DNA from: an uncultured Verrucomicrobiales bacterium | GTDB taxonomy: Bacteria; Verrucomicrobiota; Verrucomicrobiia; Verrucomicrobiales; DEV007 | Direction: 5' to 3' | Length of the DNA stretch: 14,041 nt | NCBI GenBank assembly: GCA_938091905.1 | Contig: CALKOM010000127.1 | Coordinates: 1 to 14,041 of the forward strand | Shown here: piece after piece, positions 1 through 10,147 of the stretch | How the letters are laid out: every line of letters begins with the position of its first letter | How positions within the stretch are numbered: the stretch's first letter is position 1 | Notes under the pieces: model-generated | Seen by the model: the letters and a program-made list of their open reading frames with translations, nothing else | What the model was told of the DNA's origin: nothing | The model's database searches: none | Translations under genes and position numbers: made by a program

Positions 1-209
1 AACGCCTTGGGCCGTATACGCAGCCCCAGAAAGAGTGGCCGCATAAGCGGTCCGCAAACCAACCTACTCAGCCTGCAAGCCTAGCAGATCGCTTACAATA
101 AAACCGAGAAAAGACTGGCTACAAAAAGGAGACCACTTCACTTACCACCTGCTTCAAAGAGAAATGGGTCGCATTACGAGGGCACAGTCTCTAATCTCCA
201 AGCCCATTC

Positions 210-380
210 ATACACCGACACCTCATCACAGCTGTCTTACTTTCGGCAGTTTTCGCGCCTTCTCTGAGCAGCGCCTACAGTGTACCTGCGTTCCGCTACG
301 CCTTGGAGCGCTGGGATCGGAACCTCTATCAGGTCATCATTGTAAAAGTGATGTCTTCCCCAAAGAGAAAAATTTTCTAG
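210..380 (+). pseudogene. N-terminal remnant of a secreted hypothetical protein (signal peptide + 'VPxFRYALERW' motif)
   Basis: Frame not in the ORF track: ATA(210)-HRHLITAVLLSAVFAPSLSSA-YSVPAFRYALERWDRNLYQVIIVK...TAG(378-380). Hydrophobic signal peptide with an SSA cleavage-like site, then a motif I recall as 'ACxVPVFRYALERW' in PVC hypothetical proteins. No ATG and truncated. Confidence 0.6.
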
Positions 381-431
381 CGTAAACCTTAAACACAAAG
401 TGAGTTTTGGGAGATGGCATTCTTGAATGCG

Positions 432-1169
432 CACGTATCAATAGCCAATCTCAGGGATGACAGCATGCATAACACGTTGTGCATGCACTGGATTTTGAGA
501 CGGGCGCAGCCAAGTGGCAGTTCATGGTGGGAGGACGTATTGATTCTTCGCCCAGCTTATTTATACAAGCACCGCGCCTATTTCGGCAGCACCGATGGCT
601 TCCTCTACTGCTTGGACCTGCAAACAGGATCATTGATTTGGAAGTATTAAGCGGCACTAGCCAGTAGCCGTCATATGTATTTCGAGCAGCTCGAATACAG
701 CCATCCCTTACATGGTAGCGTAATCATTCATGACAACAAGATCTATGCCGTGGCTGGTCGATCCATGTTCGTTGATGGCGGCATGCGATTTCTCATCCTC
801 AACGCTGACACCAGCGAGAAGATCGAGGAGATTGTGATGGATGACAAAGTGCCAAGCACAGGCGAGGACCTATAGTTGCTGCAAGAAATCCTCAACATGC
901 CGCAAGCGTTAAACGATCTCCTATCCACCGATGGCAAGCACATCGACAAGCGCCTGCAAGACTTTGACCTGGAAGGGAATCGGTTGGAGTTGAAATACAA
1001 CAAGAAGCTCTGCGGCAAAACTCGCGACAAACTCGAGGTCATGCATAGTCGCACCGAAGATCAGGAAGGTGAGGGCGCCCACATCATCAGTGGCACGGGG
1101 AATCTCGACGATTCCTGGTGGCACCGCACTTACTGGACCTAAGGTAAGAACTACACCTAGGGCTGGAGC
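432..1169 (+). pseudogene. Fragmented large PQQ-like beta-propeller repeat protein (internal fragment)
   Basis: ORF pieces join into one reading: HALDFETGAAKWQFMVGGRIDSSPSL / YKHRAYFGSTDGFLYCLDLQTGSLIWKY*AALASSRHMYFEQLEYSHPLHGSV...AGRSMFVDGG...GEDL*LLQ...GNLDDSWWHRTYWT*GKNYT*GW. Frameshifts near 478 and 560. In-frame stops at 648, 873, 1140 and 1158. Confidence 0.85.
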
Positions 1170-1194
1170 CGCAGTATAGACTGTAAGACCCATT

Positions 1195-2475
1195 TCATGG
1201 GGCGAGTTTGTAAAGCATTGTCTTAGTACGAAAGAACAACGCGCCATCAGCAACAACCGCTGAAGCTTGGATGCCCACTTCAAGCTCGCCCTCGCCAACG
1301 ATTTCCATCTTGTCACCCAACACCTTGATCACGCGACTCTGGCCTGTTTCGTTAGCGTAATAGACCAGATCTCCCACAACAATGGGTGTCGCCATGTAGG
1401 TGCCCGGTAAGCGGTCGGACCAAATCTGTTTACCAGATTTTTGATCAATGGAGGAAACGATTCCGCCTTCGGTAGACTGGATGATGCGATCGTTGACCAA
1501 CACATGTCCAGAGAATCGGCTGTTCCGTTTCGCTCGATCCCAGACGACGTGTGAATTGCTAATGTCGCCCTGCATCTTATCGTCCAACCTTATGGCCAAC
1601 AAGTGCGCGCGCGACGATCCCGTGTTCACAAAGAGCATCCCATCGCGTGATACCGGCCGGACGGCCGCATTGAAGTTCGCATGTGGAATGGTCCACAGTT
1701 CCTTCCCAGTCTCGGGATCGTAACCAAACATCGCACGTGAGCCGACCGAAATGAGCTGATCCTTTCCTGCTACCGACACAATGCTAGGCGTACCGTAGGC
1801 TTTGCGGTTATCCCCTTCCCTCTCCGGCTTTCCGTCCTTGTCTAGATCACCATAATCCGTCGTCCGATTCGTCTTCCAGATGGTCTTGCCCGTGTCCTTG
1901 TTCAGTGCGGCCACATATTGTTGATCAATTCCGTCCATGGTGAGTATGAGACGATCCTTGTAGAGCACGGGAGACGAACCCGGCCCGCGGAAATGCCTAG
2001 CATTAATGTCGCGCCGCTCCCAAAGCTTTTCCAATGTCTTTGGATTAAGCTTCGTGGTCCCATAAGTTCCAAAATGCACGTATAGCCCTGTATTATCGAT
2101 GACACAGGAAGGCGCCGCATAATTATTCACGCCATTTCCTAACGGCTCTGGATCCTCATTTTCAAAGACAAGGTGATGATGAATGAGCTCGCCGGTTTTA
2201 CAATCGACAACATCAACATACTGTTTGGTGCCATCCTTACTGGCACTGGTAAACCACAAGGAGGTCGTATCAATGACAGGAGTAGAATGCCCCTCTTCAG
2301 GCAGCGCCGTCTTCCAAGCGATGTGTTTCCCACTCGCTTCATCCCACGACGTTACGACACCTTTTACATGCGCCGCCCCCACATGTCCGTCTTTGTTAGG
2401 GCCACTCTTATCTGGCCAAGGAAAGTCTGCACAAACGCACGAAAGCGTGAGGAGAAAGAAGATGAGAAAACGCAT
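1195..2475 (-). CDS. Secreted PQQ-binding-like (BamB-like) beta-propeller repeat protein
   Basis: Start moved to ATG 2475 (alternative 2484): MRFLIFFLLTLSCVCADFPWP is a signal peptide. Repeats of the ALNKDTGKTIW / YDPETGKELW / DQKSGKQIW type, with GHSTPV and GPGSSPV motifs. The ORF-track start at 2664 would overlap the neighbouring gene. Confidence 0.9.
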   Translation of the reverse strand: MRFLIFFLLTLSCVCADFPWPDKSGPNKDGHVGAAHVKGVVTSWDEASGKHIAWKTALPEEGHSTPVIDTTSLWFTSASKDGTKQYVDVVDCKTGELIHHHLVFENEDPEPLGNGVNNYAAPSCVIDNTGLYVHFGTYGTTKLNPKTLEKLWERRDINARHFRGPGSSPVLYKDRLILTMDGIDQQYVAALNKDTGKTIWKTNRTTDYGDLDKDGKPEREGDNRKAYGTPSIVSVAGKDQLISVGSRAMFGYDPETGKELWTIPHANFNAAVRPVSRDGMLFVNTGSSRAHLLAIRLDDKMQGDISNSHVVWDRAKRNSRFSGHVLVNDRIIQSTEGGIVSSIDQKSGKQIWSDRLPGTYMATPIVVGDLVYYANETGQSRVIKVLGDKMEIVGEGELEVGIQASAVVADGALFFRTKTMLYKLAP

Positions 2476-2500
2476 GAGAATCATTGATACAAATAAAATG

Positions 2501-2935
2501 TCAGGAAACAAGACGAGCCGCTTCGTCCTCGGTTGGTAATGGACAAGAAGCACTGAGCTTTCCAAACCAACGGTAACGGTACTTGGCGATGAGATCGTAG
2601 ATGAAATCTCGAAGCGAGCGTGGAACGACTCGGAGCCAGGAGACCAGATGCCAAAAGCCACCAATGTCCTTCAAAGCCTGCAAAGCAGCGGTTGAGCGCA
2701 CATAAATTTCCTGCTCGGGCGTCCCACAGTGCCGCACATAGATAACGGACTGCACGCCCTTGCGTTCCATCGCCTGAGGCGTCCCAGCGAGAACACCCTC
2801 GGCCGTCTTTCCCTGGAGTGTCCCAAAAGTCAAAACCTTATAATAATCGATCTTACTAAAAAACGCGACGGAGTGATGACAGAGCACGCAGACCCCGTCT
2901 ACAAATAGGACATGGCGATTTGCAGCGTTACTCAT
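2501..2935 (-). CDS. DCC1-like / DUF393 thiol-disulfide oxidoreductase family protein
   Basis: N-terminal VLFVDGVCVLC (DxxCxxC) and C-terminal LRDFIYDLIAKYRYRWFGK...C. Likely start is ATG 2935 (MSNAANRH). Confidence 0.9.
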   Translation of the reverse strand: MSNAANRHVLFVDGVCVLCHHSVAFFSKIDYYKVLTFGTLQGKTAEGVLAGTPQAMERKGVQSVIYVRHCGTPEQEIYVRSTAALQALKDIGGFWHLVSWLRVVPRSLRDFIYDLIAKYRYRWFGKLSASCPLPTEDEAARLVS

Positions 2936-2989
2936 GCTACGAGACTTGCACAACCAGTCGGGCTTGCCTGGGCGATCTCCCACTATCGA

Positions 2990-4336
2990 TCAGATCAATT
3001 CGGGAAGAGGCCCATATTCCTGATCGACGAGGAAACGAGGACGACCAGTAAGATCGTTAACCGTAGCAGACTTCACATCGATTCCAATATTGCGATAGAG
3101 TGTCGCGTGAATCTCTTGGAAATGGACAGGCCTGTCTGAAGCCTCTCCACCCAACCGGTCTGTCGATCCGATGACTTGGCCAGTAGGCATCCCACCACAG
3201 GCGAGCATTGCGCAAGAAACCCGCGGCCAGTGATCGCGACCACCTTGAGCATTGATCGTTGGCGTACGTCCAAACTCGCCCCAAACAATGACTGACACGT
3301 CTTTATCTAATCCCCGTTGATGCAGGTCGTTAACCAAAGCAGAGACCCCTTGGTCCAACATCGGCATGTCCGTGCGGCCACGCTTGAAATTTCCACCGTG
3401 CCAATCCCAACGACTAAATGCCAACGTGACACAACGCACGCCGGACTCCACCAATCGCCGCGCCATAAGAAACTGCTCCATCAGACGCGGCCCCCCATCA
3501 GCGACATTCTTGGCAATACCCTTCCCATACGCCTCCCTCACCTTAGCGTCTTCGTTGTCGAGGTTCATAGCCTCAACTAATTTGCTAGAGGTCAATACAC
3601 CGAAAGCTTGTTGGGTAAACGAATCTAAGCCCTCCATCGAACCTGAGCTGTCCGTCGCACGACGAAACTGATCAAAGCTCGCTAACAACTGCTTACGATC
3701 AGACAGGCGATCTAACGTGATACCGTTCAGCACCATGTCCCCTTTGCCGCCTCCATTGGGTTGGAAGGGCGCGTGCGCAGGTCCAAGAAATCCCGGACGA
3801 CCAGGATCAGCCCAACGCATCTCGCCCATCTTCGGTGCGAGCCCAACGAAAGGAGGCACCGCATCTGTGCTAGAGCCTTGCAAACTAGACATGACCGAAC
3901 CAATGGACGGCCAGCCTCCAGGAGGCAAATTTCGTTTTGGTGGGCGTCCCGTCATGCATTGGTAGGCATCATGATCACCCGTGGCCCCCACGACCGACCG
4001 AATGATGGCGAGCTTGTCCATCATCTTGGAAAGCTTGGGGAAGTGCTCACAAATCTGAATGCCAGGCACATTGGTTGAGATAGGCGAGAACTCCCCGCGA
4101 ATCTCCGAGGGAGCATCCATTTTGAGATCGAACATGTCCTGGTGAGGAGGACCACCAGGAAGGAAGATCATGATGACCGCCTTCTCACCAGGCTTACGCC
4201 CGGAAGCCGCCTCCGCCTTCAACACATCAGGCAGAGCCATGCCGGCCATCCCAAGACCGCCAATGCGGAGAAAGTTTCGTCGTGTAAAGCCATCACAGAA
4301 GGCTTCGCCGGAGTCGTTTCCTTGAATCGTGAGCAT
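2990..4336 (-). CDS. DUF1501 domain-containing protein with Tat-like N-terminus
   Basis: 448-aa ORF with [47 protein letters not shown] and WGEFGRTP...GRDHWP motifs typical of PVC DUF1501 proteins. Confidence 0.92.
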   Translation of the reverse strand: MLTIQGNDSGEAFCDGFTRRNFLRIGGLGMAGMALPDVLKAEAASGRKPGEKAVIMIFLPGGPPHQDMFDLKMDAPSEIRGEFSPISTNVPGIQICEHFPKLSKMMDKLAIIRSVVGATGDHDAYQCMTGRPPKRNLPPGGWPSIGSVMSSLQGSSTDAVPPFVGLAPKMGEMRWADPGRPGFLGPAHAPFQPNGGGKGDMVLNGITLDRLSDRKQLLASFDQFRRATDSSGSMEGLDSFTQQAFGVLTSSKLVEAMNLDNEDAKVREAYGKGIAKNVADGGPRLMEQFLMARRLVESGVRCVTLAFSRWDWHGGNFKRGRTDMPMLDQGVSALVNDLHQRGLDKDVSVIVWGEFGRTPTINAQGGRDHWPRVSCAMLACGGMPTGQVIGSTDRLGGEASDRPVHFQEIHATLYRNIGIDVKSATVNDLTGRPRFLVDQEYGPLPELI

Positions 4337-4409
4337 GGTAGGGAGAGAACAGAACTAAGTAGAAACTCGAACCCCACGATTTGGCATCCGTTTCTCTAGA
4401 CGTCGTAGG

Positions 4410-5348
4410 CTACCCAAGCGCCAACTGCCGCGTCAACCTCACAGAATCATGGAAAACCGTTGGCACCGGTAACGATTCGAGGTCGTCTTGATCATCTGGC
4501 ACAAGCTTGTCGCCGGCTTCTTCTAAGAGAACTCTGTGATTGCTCTCCGCAATCTCGCAGACCTCGGGAGCTATCGCCCGATGCTCTGCCAGGACCGTCC
4601 GTGCCCGCTTGTAAAAGCCATCCGCTTCAGCATACTCGCCAAGGGCATGGTGAGCGGCAGCCAGATTGCTGAGAGATTGACCTGCATCGAGGCTTCCCTC
4701 GCCCGCGAGCGTCTCACGCAGCCCCCAAGCCCGCTCATGCATCTCGACAGCGCGTTTCAAGTGACCTGCAGCCTGATAAAGTCCGCCGATATTGTTAAAA
4801 ATAGAGGAAACCTCCAAAGACTCGGGCCCGCAGGCCAGTTCGTAAACGTTCAAAGAGACCAAATAATGCTCCTCCGCGAGCTCGAGTCTGCCTTTCTCCT
4901 TGAAGATGAGAGCCAGATTATTCCGAATCTTGGCTGCCAGCACCGGCTCGTTCACCGTGGCACTTTCGAAGATTTCCACCGCATCTTGATATAGGGGTAC
5001 GGCTTCTTCTCCCTTACCCTGACGATCCAGCGCTCCGGCAAGCTCACTCTTGAGGAAGGCAATCTGCTCAGGCGACACAAATCGGTTTCCCCGCGCCAGC
5101 CCAAAGGCTTCCTGGTAAACAATTGCTGCACCATTGACGTCAGCAGAAGCCAGCCGCAATGCCGCTAGCTCGCGAAGCGTCTCCAGAAGCAGAGGCAGAT
5201 TTTCATCGTGACTCTGTGCTGACCGACGCGCAGAATCCACAGCCGTTTTGGCAATCTTCTCCGCCCGCTCCAAATCACCTGAATCAAGATGCTCACGGAG
5301 CCGTTCGGTAAGGATCTTATAGAGATTCGATTGCTGGTGAGAAGCCAT
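4410..5348 (-). CDS. Tetratricopeptide repeat protein
   Basis: 312-aa ORF with about 42-aa repeats: IRNNLALIFKEKGRLELAEEHY, IFNNIGGLYQAAGHLKRAVEMH, SLSNLAAAHHALGEYAEADGFY. Confidence 0.88.
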   Translation of the reverse strand: MASHQQSNLYKILTERLREHLDSGDLERAEKIAKTAVDSARRSAQSHDENLPLLLETLRELAALRLASADVNGAAIVYQEAFGLARGNRFVSPEQIAFLKSELAGALDRQGKGEEAVPLYQDAVEIFESATVNEPVLAAKIRNNLALIFKEKGRLELAEEHYLVSLNVYELACGPESLEVSSIFNNIGGLYQAAGHLKRAVEMHERAWGLRETLAGEGSLDAGQSLSNLAAAHHALGEYAEADGFYKRARTVLAEHRAIAPEVCEIAESNHRVLLEEAGDKLVPDDQDDLESLPVPTVFHDSVRLTRQLALG

Positions 5349-5423
5349 GGCTGATTGGCAAGGAATAAAGCGGCCAAATCTTATATAATTCTCAGATCTG
5401 GGACTTACTTCTGAGCATCTTAG

Positions 5424-5948
5424 CTAACTTCCCACCTTCTGCAAAAGTTCTTTCCGAATCGATGGAATTCTTCCGTACAGTTCCCCGATTCCTTCCAAGC
5501 CTCGATCGCCTAAACCAAGAAGGTTTGCAGCCTCGCCCTCAAAAAAGAGGACTGCTCTGCGAGTCGGCCGTTGGGTCGCGAGATAACCAAGCCCTCGCTC
5601 TAACAGGCCAGCAAGGTCTCCCAGCGGTGTTTCCTCCTCGCTTACTAAAGCCAACAGTTTCGTAAAGTAAGAAGCGGCTAGAGTCTGTAAATAACTCTGG
5701 CGCAACCCAATACGAGGATCCAACAACGCAACCTCAGTCAGCGTGTGGAGAGAGGAACTCCGACTTGGGACAAAGCCAAACTCGACTTTAAAAAACAGAT
5801 CTAGCTTTCCAGCGAAACCGCTCTTGGGTCGCCGGGCCCCCTTTGCCACCGTGCGAATGATACCATGAGTCTGTGTTGACCACTGCACGAGCAGACTCGT
5901 TTCCCGATAGGGATGGGTTTGCATCACCGTGCCGATTGTCTTCTCCAC
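5424..5948 (-). CDS. recO: DNA repair protein RecO (short form)
   Basis: GTG start. RecO N-terminal OB-fold signature YRETSLLV...HGIIRTVAKGARRPKSGFAGKLDLF followed by a helical region (ASYFTKLL). 174 aa, no Cys zinc finger. Confidence 0.9.
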   Translation of the reverse strand: MEKTIGTVMQTHPYRETSLLVQWSTQTHGIIRTVAKGARRPKSGFAGKLDLFFKVEFGFVPSRSSSLHTLTEVALLDPRIGLRQSYLQTLAASYFTKLLALVSEEETPLGDLAGLLERGLGYLATQRPTRRAVLFFEGEAANLLGLGDRGLEGIGELYGRIPSIRKELLQKVGS

Positions 5949-6027
5949 GAATCTAAAATATACTAACTACCCCGTACGGAAATAGCAGATTTCTAAATAT
6001 CCATCGCGGAACCGGACTCCATTCGGT

Positions 6028-6660
6028 ATGTTACTAGTGAGGCCCCCCCCTAATGCGGCTTACCGGGCATACGTGACTCGCCCAACCCTGCTCCTGCGCG
6101 TTCGTGACCGCGAGGACCAATAGTCGCGGTCCGAGTTCGTGGAAATCTATGGTCCACTCATTCCTCGATTCGCGCTCAGCCGAGGCTCCCACCGCGATGC
6201 CGCCCCAGACATCATCCAGGAAGTCCTCCGCAGCGTGGCCAGGGCCATGCAGGGCTCTGAATATGATCCCAGCAAAGGCACCTTCCGAGACTGGCTCTTC
6301 ACCGCGATACGCCGGGAGATCGGGAGAGTAGCCAAGAAGGCAAAACGGTCTCCGGCCAGTGCCAACACAATTGATCCAAATCTACTACTCGATCAGCTCC
6401 CCGATGAGCGCGAGGCTCAAGACTGGGATGTCGACTATAAGCGACACCTCGTTCACTGGGCCATAAAGAGGGTCGGGCACGAATTCGGAAAGAATGGCTG
6501 GGAGTCATTCGTAGCCACGGCAATCCACGGCCGTACTCCTGAAGTGATTGCCAAGAAACTCGGTGTCACCACCAGAGCCGTTTATATCGCCAAGAGCCGC
6601 GTGATGAAGCGCTTCATTGAGAAGGTGCATTCCGTGGATCAAGAAGAGAGTGAGAGCTAG
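6028..6660 (+). pseudogene. ECF-type sigma-70 factor, interrupted by an in-frame TAG
   Basis: Same frame upstream of the listed ORF: VTRPTLLLRVRDREDQ*(6121-6123)SRSEFVEIYGPLI...DIIQEV...YDPSKGTFRDWL...region 4 TPEVIAKKLGVTTRAVYIAKSRV. The usual W in 'xWxEFV' is CGG. Start uncertain (ATG 6028, GTG 6037 or GTG 6073). Confidence 0.85.
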
Positions 6661-6661
6661 A

Positions 6662-8529
6662 CACCATCAAAGGTGAAGGTTGAGCCGTCACGTTTCGTAC
6701 AAACTTCGATAAGCTTTCGGATCAAACCACTTCACTCCGAGAAGCACGTGCCGTCGCGGCACTTTCCGACGAGGACATCCTCCCCATCTTCAGCGTGGAC
6801 GATGATGGAAGCTACCCGTTCATCGTCATGCCGTTCATTGATGACGAAACTCTAGAGCAATGTGTTCAACGCCGCGGCCCTTTGAAAATATTCGCGGTCT
6901 TACTAGAGCGATCATAAAAGGACTCAGCGCCGCGCACACCACTGGAATCATTCATCGTGACCTCTAGCCTGCTAACATCCTACTTCGGGGTGAGCATCAA
7001 ATCCTCCTGGCCGACTTTGGACTGGCGAGAGCCAAAAGACGCCCCAGAACTCACCGTCCCCGGCACGATACCAGGCACTCCCAAGTTCATGGCACCTGAG
7101 CAAATCGAGGAGGCCAAGGTGGACCACCACGCCGCCCTCTTTGCTCTGGGATGTCTCCTTCAATTCATAGCTACTGGATAGCCACCGTTTCGAGGAGAGC
7201 GCGTGTCCCAGATTCTACAAAGTGTGACCAACGAACCACCAACCAAGATCACGCGCCCTCAACCTACTTGGTTTCGTCACCTGTTAGGCCACCTTCTTCA
7301 GAAAGAGCCTAATCTCCGACCAGCTGAAGCCATTCTCGCCCTAGAAAATTTAGACCAACAGAATGCTTCCCTAGGGCCATTTCCCGAGAGCTAGAAGGTG
7401 GTTACTGCTAATTGGCGGAATCGCTCTCCTCGCACTACTCCTATCTATCGTTCGCCTATCACCTCACATCCCAAAGGACACACCGGTTTACATTGAGGGC
7501 GAATCGACTCGCTTCGAGAACCACTCTAGCGAAATAGCCGCAGCACCGAGCGTTGCCACCATCATCTTGCGAGACGGGCTCCATGAGGTCCCCGGAGAAC
7601 TTGTTGTTCACCAACCTATCCATTCGATTGCGGCCAAAGATGCCTACCCCGTTCTTCAAAGTTGCGGTACCGAAAGAGGAAAGGTGTTCGATTAGAAAGC
7701 CGAGGCAGAATTGATCTGCTTTACACTACATCATTTACTCACCGATGCCAGCACGACAAAACCACTCATTGACACCAAAGCCCCGCTCACACTGAAACAG
7801 TGTCGGCTTGAACAGCAGTGGAGCAAACCGGGCTCGCCCAGCCCATTTCCCACCACGATCTTTGCAACAGCCGACGTGACCTTGAGCCACACCATAATTG
7901 AGTCCGCAAACGGTTGTGCAATCTTTTCGAAACTCGTGCCCAACAGTCCTGATGAAGTTCGTATCCGATTGGAAAACTGCGCCATCGCAGCAGTCCGAGC
8001 CTTCTGCCTCATGAGTTTAGAGGCACAAAAGACTTGGAACATCACACAATCGCATTGCCAACTAATCAATGGTGGCTTGTTCTGCATCGATGAGAAGAAT
8101 CAGAGCGTGCCTCAGTGGAAACTTAAACGCTCGGTCATCGAATCGGCCTTTATGCTCATGGTTCGAAGTGAGTGGTACCTTTACTAACGCGACATCCTAT
8201 CACAGGCCAAGTGGGACGGCCGTGATAATCTCTACAGCTTTCATCAGTTTCTTCTCCCATGGGAAGGCGGCCAATAAGAGTCCCTCCAGAAGACAATTGA
8301 CGGATGGTTACAACCCTGTCCGGGAGCTCAAGATAGCGGGCATCGCTCTGACCAGCCAATCTTCGTAGAGACGTTGCCGGAAGACCAGCGAGGGATGCGC
8401 GACACATAGCGTCAGATGTCACCCGTCACCGCAAAGGATCTTCCGCTTGACGAGACTTTGCGCAGTCGCTTTCCTCAATTTGGCGGTTCAATAGGTGAGG
8501 TGGGACCACTTCCTCCCTTAACCAAATAG
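6662..8529 (+). pseudogene. Membrane Ser/Thr protein kinase 1 (kinase - TM - extracellular beta-helix-like domain), degraded
   Basis: LREARAVAALSDEDILPIF...FIVMPFID; GIIHRDL*(6965)PANILL...[20 protein letters not shown](7179)PPFRG; LLQKEPNLRP; TM RRWLLLIGGIALLALLLSIV; TPVYIEG...TIILRDGLHEV. Further in-frame stops at 7693, 8185, 8275, 8407 and several frameshifts. Ends GEVGPLPPLTK* at 8529. N-terminus and Gly loop not found. Confidence 0.88.
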
Positions 8530-8531
8530 TC

Positions 8532-10085
8532 ATGGGAGCCCTGAACGAAGAATACCCCTTTGGGGAGCGAAGCGATCGTGATGACGCCATCGGCAAGATT
8601 GGCCCCTATGTCATTTATAGTATTCTAGGAGACGGCGCCAGCAGCGTGGTCTTCAAAGGTTAGGATTCAAAGCTCGAACGCTGGGTCGCCGTGCGCGTCC
8701 TCAAGCCGCACCTTGCAGGTGTAGCGACCGCTCGAACGCTGTCTAGCAGAGAACCGTGCGGGTAGCAGTGTCGTCCATGCAAACGTGCTCGCCGTTTATG
8801 AACTACACGATCATGAACAGTGGCCCTATGCCATCCTTGCATTTAGCGGCGGCGAAACGCTCCCAGATCTTTGTGACAGCGGTCATGAGGAGGTTTGCCA
8901 GATCGGCTTGGCTATGGCTAAAGGCCTCGACGCGATCGATGAGGCTGACTTCATTCACGGGGACTTCAAAACTAGCAATATCCTCATCGAATATCCAACC
9001 GGTATGGTTCGCCTAACCGATTTCGGGGCCCCTGCCGAACAAGATGCCACGCCACTCTACCGTTCTCTCGAGCAAGTCGAAGAACGCTCACTCGATCACT
9101 GCACGGATCTCTTCAGCCTCGGCGTCATTCTCTATCGAATGACTGTTGGAAAGCTACAAACACCGCCACAGTGAGGCCTTGGCGAATGAAATATCCTCAG
9201 AGCCGCCTCCACCTCTCCGCGCTCAGCAGCCCCAGCATGGCTGCGCCAGCTCATCACGGGCTTGTTGGCCAAATCCCCCAATCAGCGACCAACCATTGCA
9301 CGGGAAGTCGTACGCGGATTCGAAAGCCAGGTCTACCGCCGCAAGATACCCAGACGCCTTCGCCTACCACACTCTTGGATCGTTGGCGGACTCGGTCTGA
9401 CTCTGATCTCAATCATCCTCGGATGGCACTATTCGCGACCTTACAGAGGAACTCCCGTCTACATTGAAGGCAGCTCCATCGGCTATTCAAACTTAGCCAC
9501 CGCCATCGCTGAGGCAGCGTCCGGAGCCACCATCGTCTTACGAGACGGCATCCACGAACTTGCCGGCGAGACCACGCTCTTTCACCCCATCCACTTCGTT
9601 GTTGAGCAAGGCTCACGCCCGATCATCCATGGCCAGGACACGCGATGGGGAACACTCTTTCAGGCCAAGGCCAGCGCCACCTTTGAAGGGCTCACCTCGT
9701 TGGCAGACACCTTGATGATTGCCTACCAAGAACAGCCCGTGCTCGACGAATTAATTAAAAAGCTCTTCAGGAGCGGTCGGGCCGATTTCTACAACGTGAA
9801 ACGCTTTCTCCGGCTGGTTCATGCGAAAGGCATCTCGGCCGACAAGCAACTCTCTCAGCGGCTGGCTTACACTTTTCCACAAGCAGTCGAGATCGATCCT
9901 CTCAAGATGGTGGAAAGCCTTCCACAACCAGATCTCCCAAGAGATTCCAATGATATTCCCACTTGGATGCAACGTCTCCCCTGAACAACTGCTTGGGACC
10001 TAAGAATTCAACACCCGTCATCCAGCGACGCTATCCGAATCACGGAAGAAACATGGCACGAGTCGGACCTTTCGCCCTACACTAA
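8532..10085 (+). pseudogene. Membrane Ser/Thr protein kinase 2, paralog of kinase 1, degraded
   Basis: ATG 8532: IGKIGPYVIYSILGDGASSVVFKG*(8661)DSKLERWVAVRVLKP; frameshift near 8755; IHGDFKTSNILI...LTDFG; DLFSLGVILYRM; frameshifts in 9160-9240; LLAKSPNQRP; TM WIVGGLGLTLISIILGW; TPVYIEG...TIVLRDGIHEL; TGA 9982; tail RRYPNHGRNMARVGPFALH* ending at 10085. Confidence 0.88.
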
Positions 10086-10108
10086 CAACGCACATTTATA
10101 TTTCCGAG

Positions 10109-10137
10109 TTGAATCCCGATCAAGACCCGCTTATAAC
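10109..10137 (+). promoter_or_regulatory. Candidate sigma70 promoter of prfB
   Basis: TTGAAT (10109-10114), 17 nt spacer, TATAAC (10132-10137), ending 10 nt before ATG 10148. Motif match only. Confidence 0.4.
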
Positions 10138-10147
10138 CTCCTTTAAT

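Noticed and set aside
1..209. Possible gene tail at the window start
   Set aside because: No recognisable motif in any frame.
2485..2664. N-terminal extension of the 489-aa ORF
   Set aside because: Overlaps the DCC1-like gene and lies before an obvious signal peptide.
5391..5415. CTCAGA...TCTGAG inverted repeat as a terminator
   Set aside because: Only a 6-bp stem with a 13-nt loop and no U tract.
1448..5665. Many short ORFs opposite or overlapping the minus-strand genes
   Set aside because: Shadow frames of well-supported genes, with no motifs.
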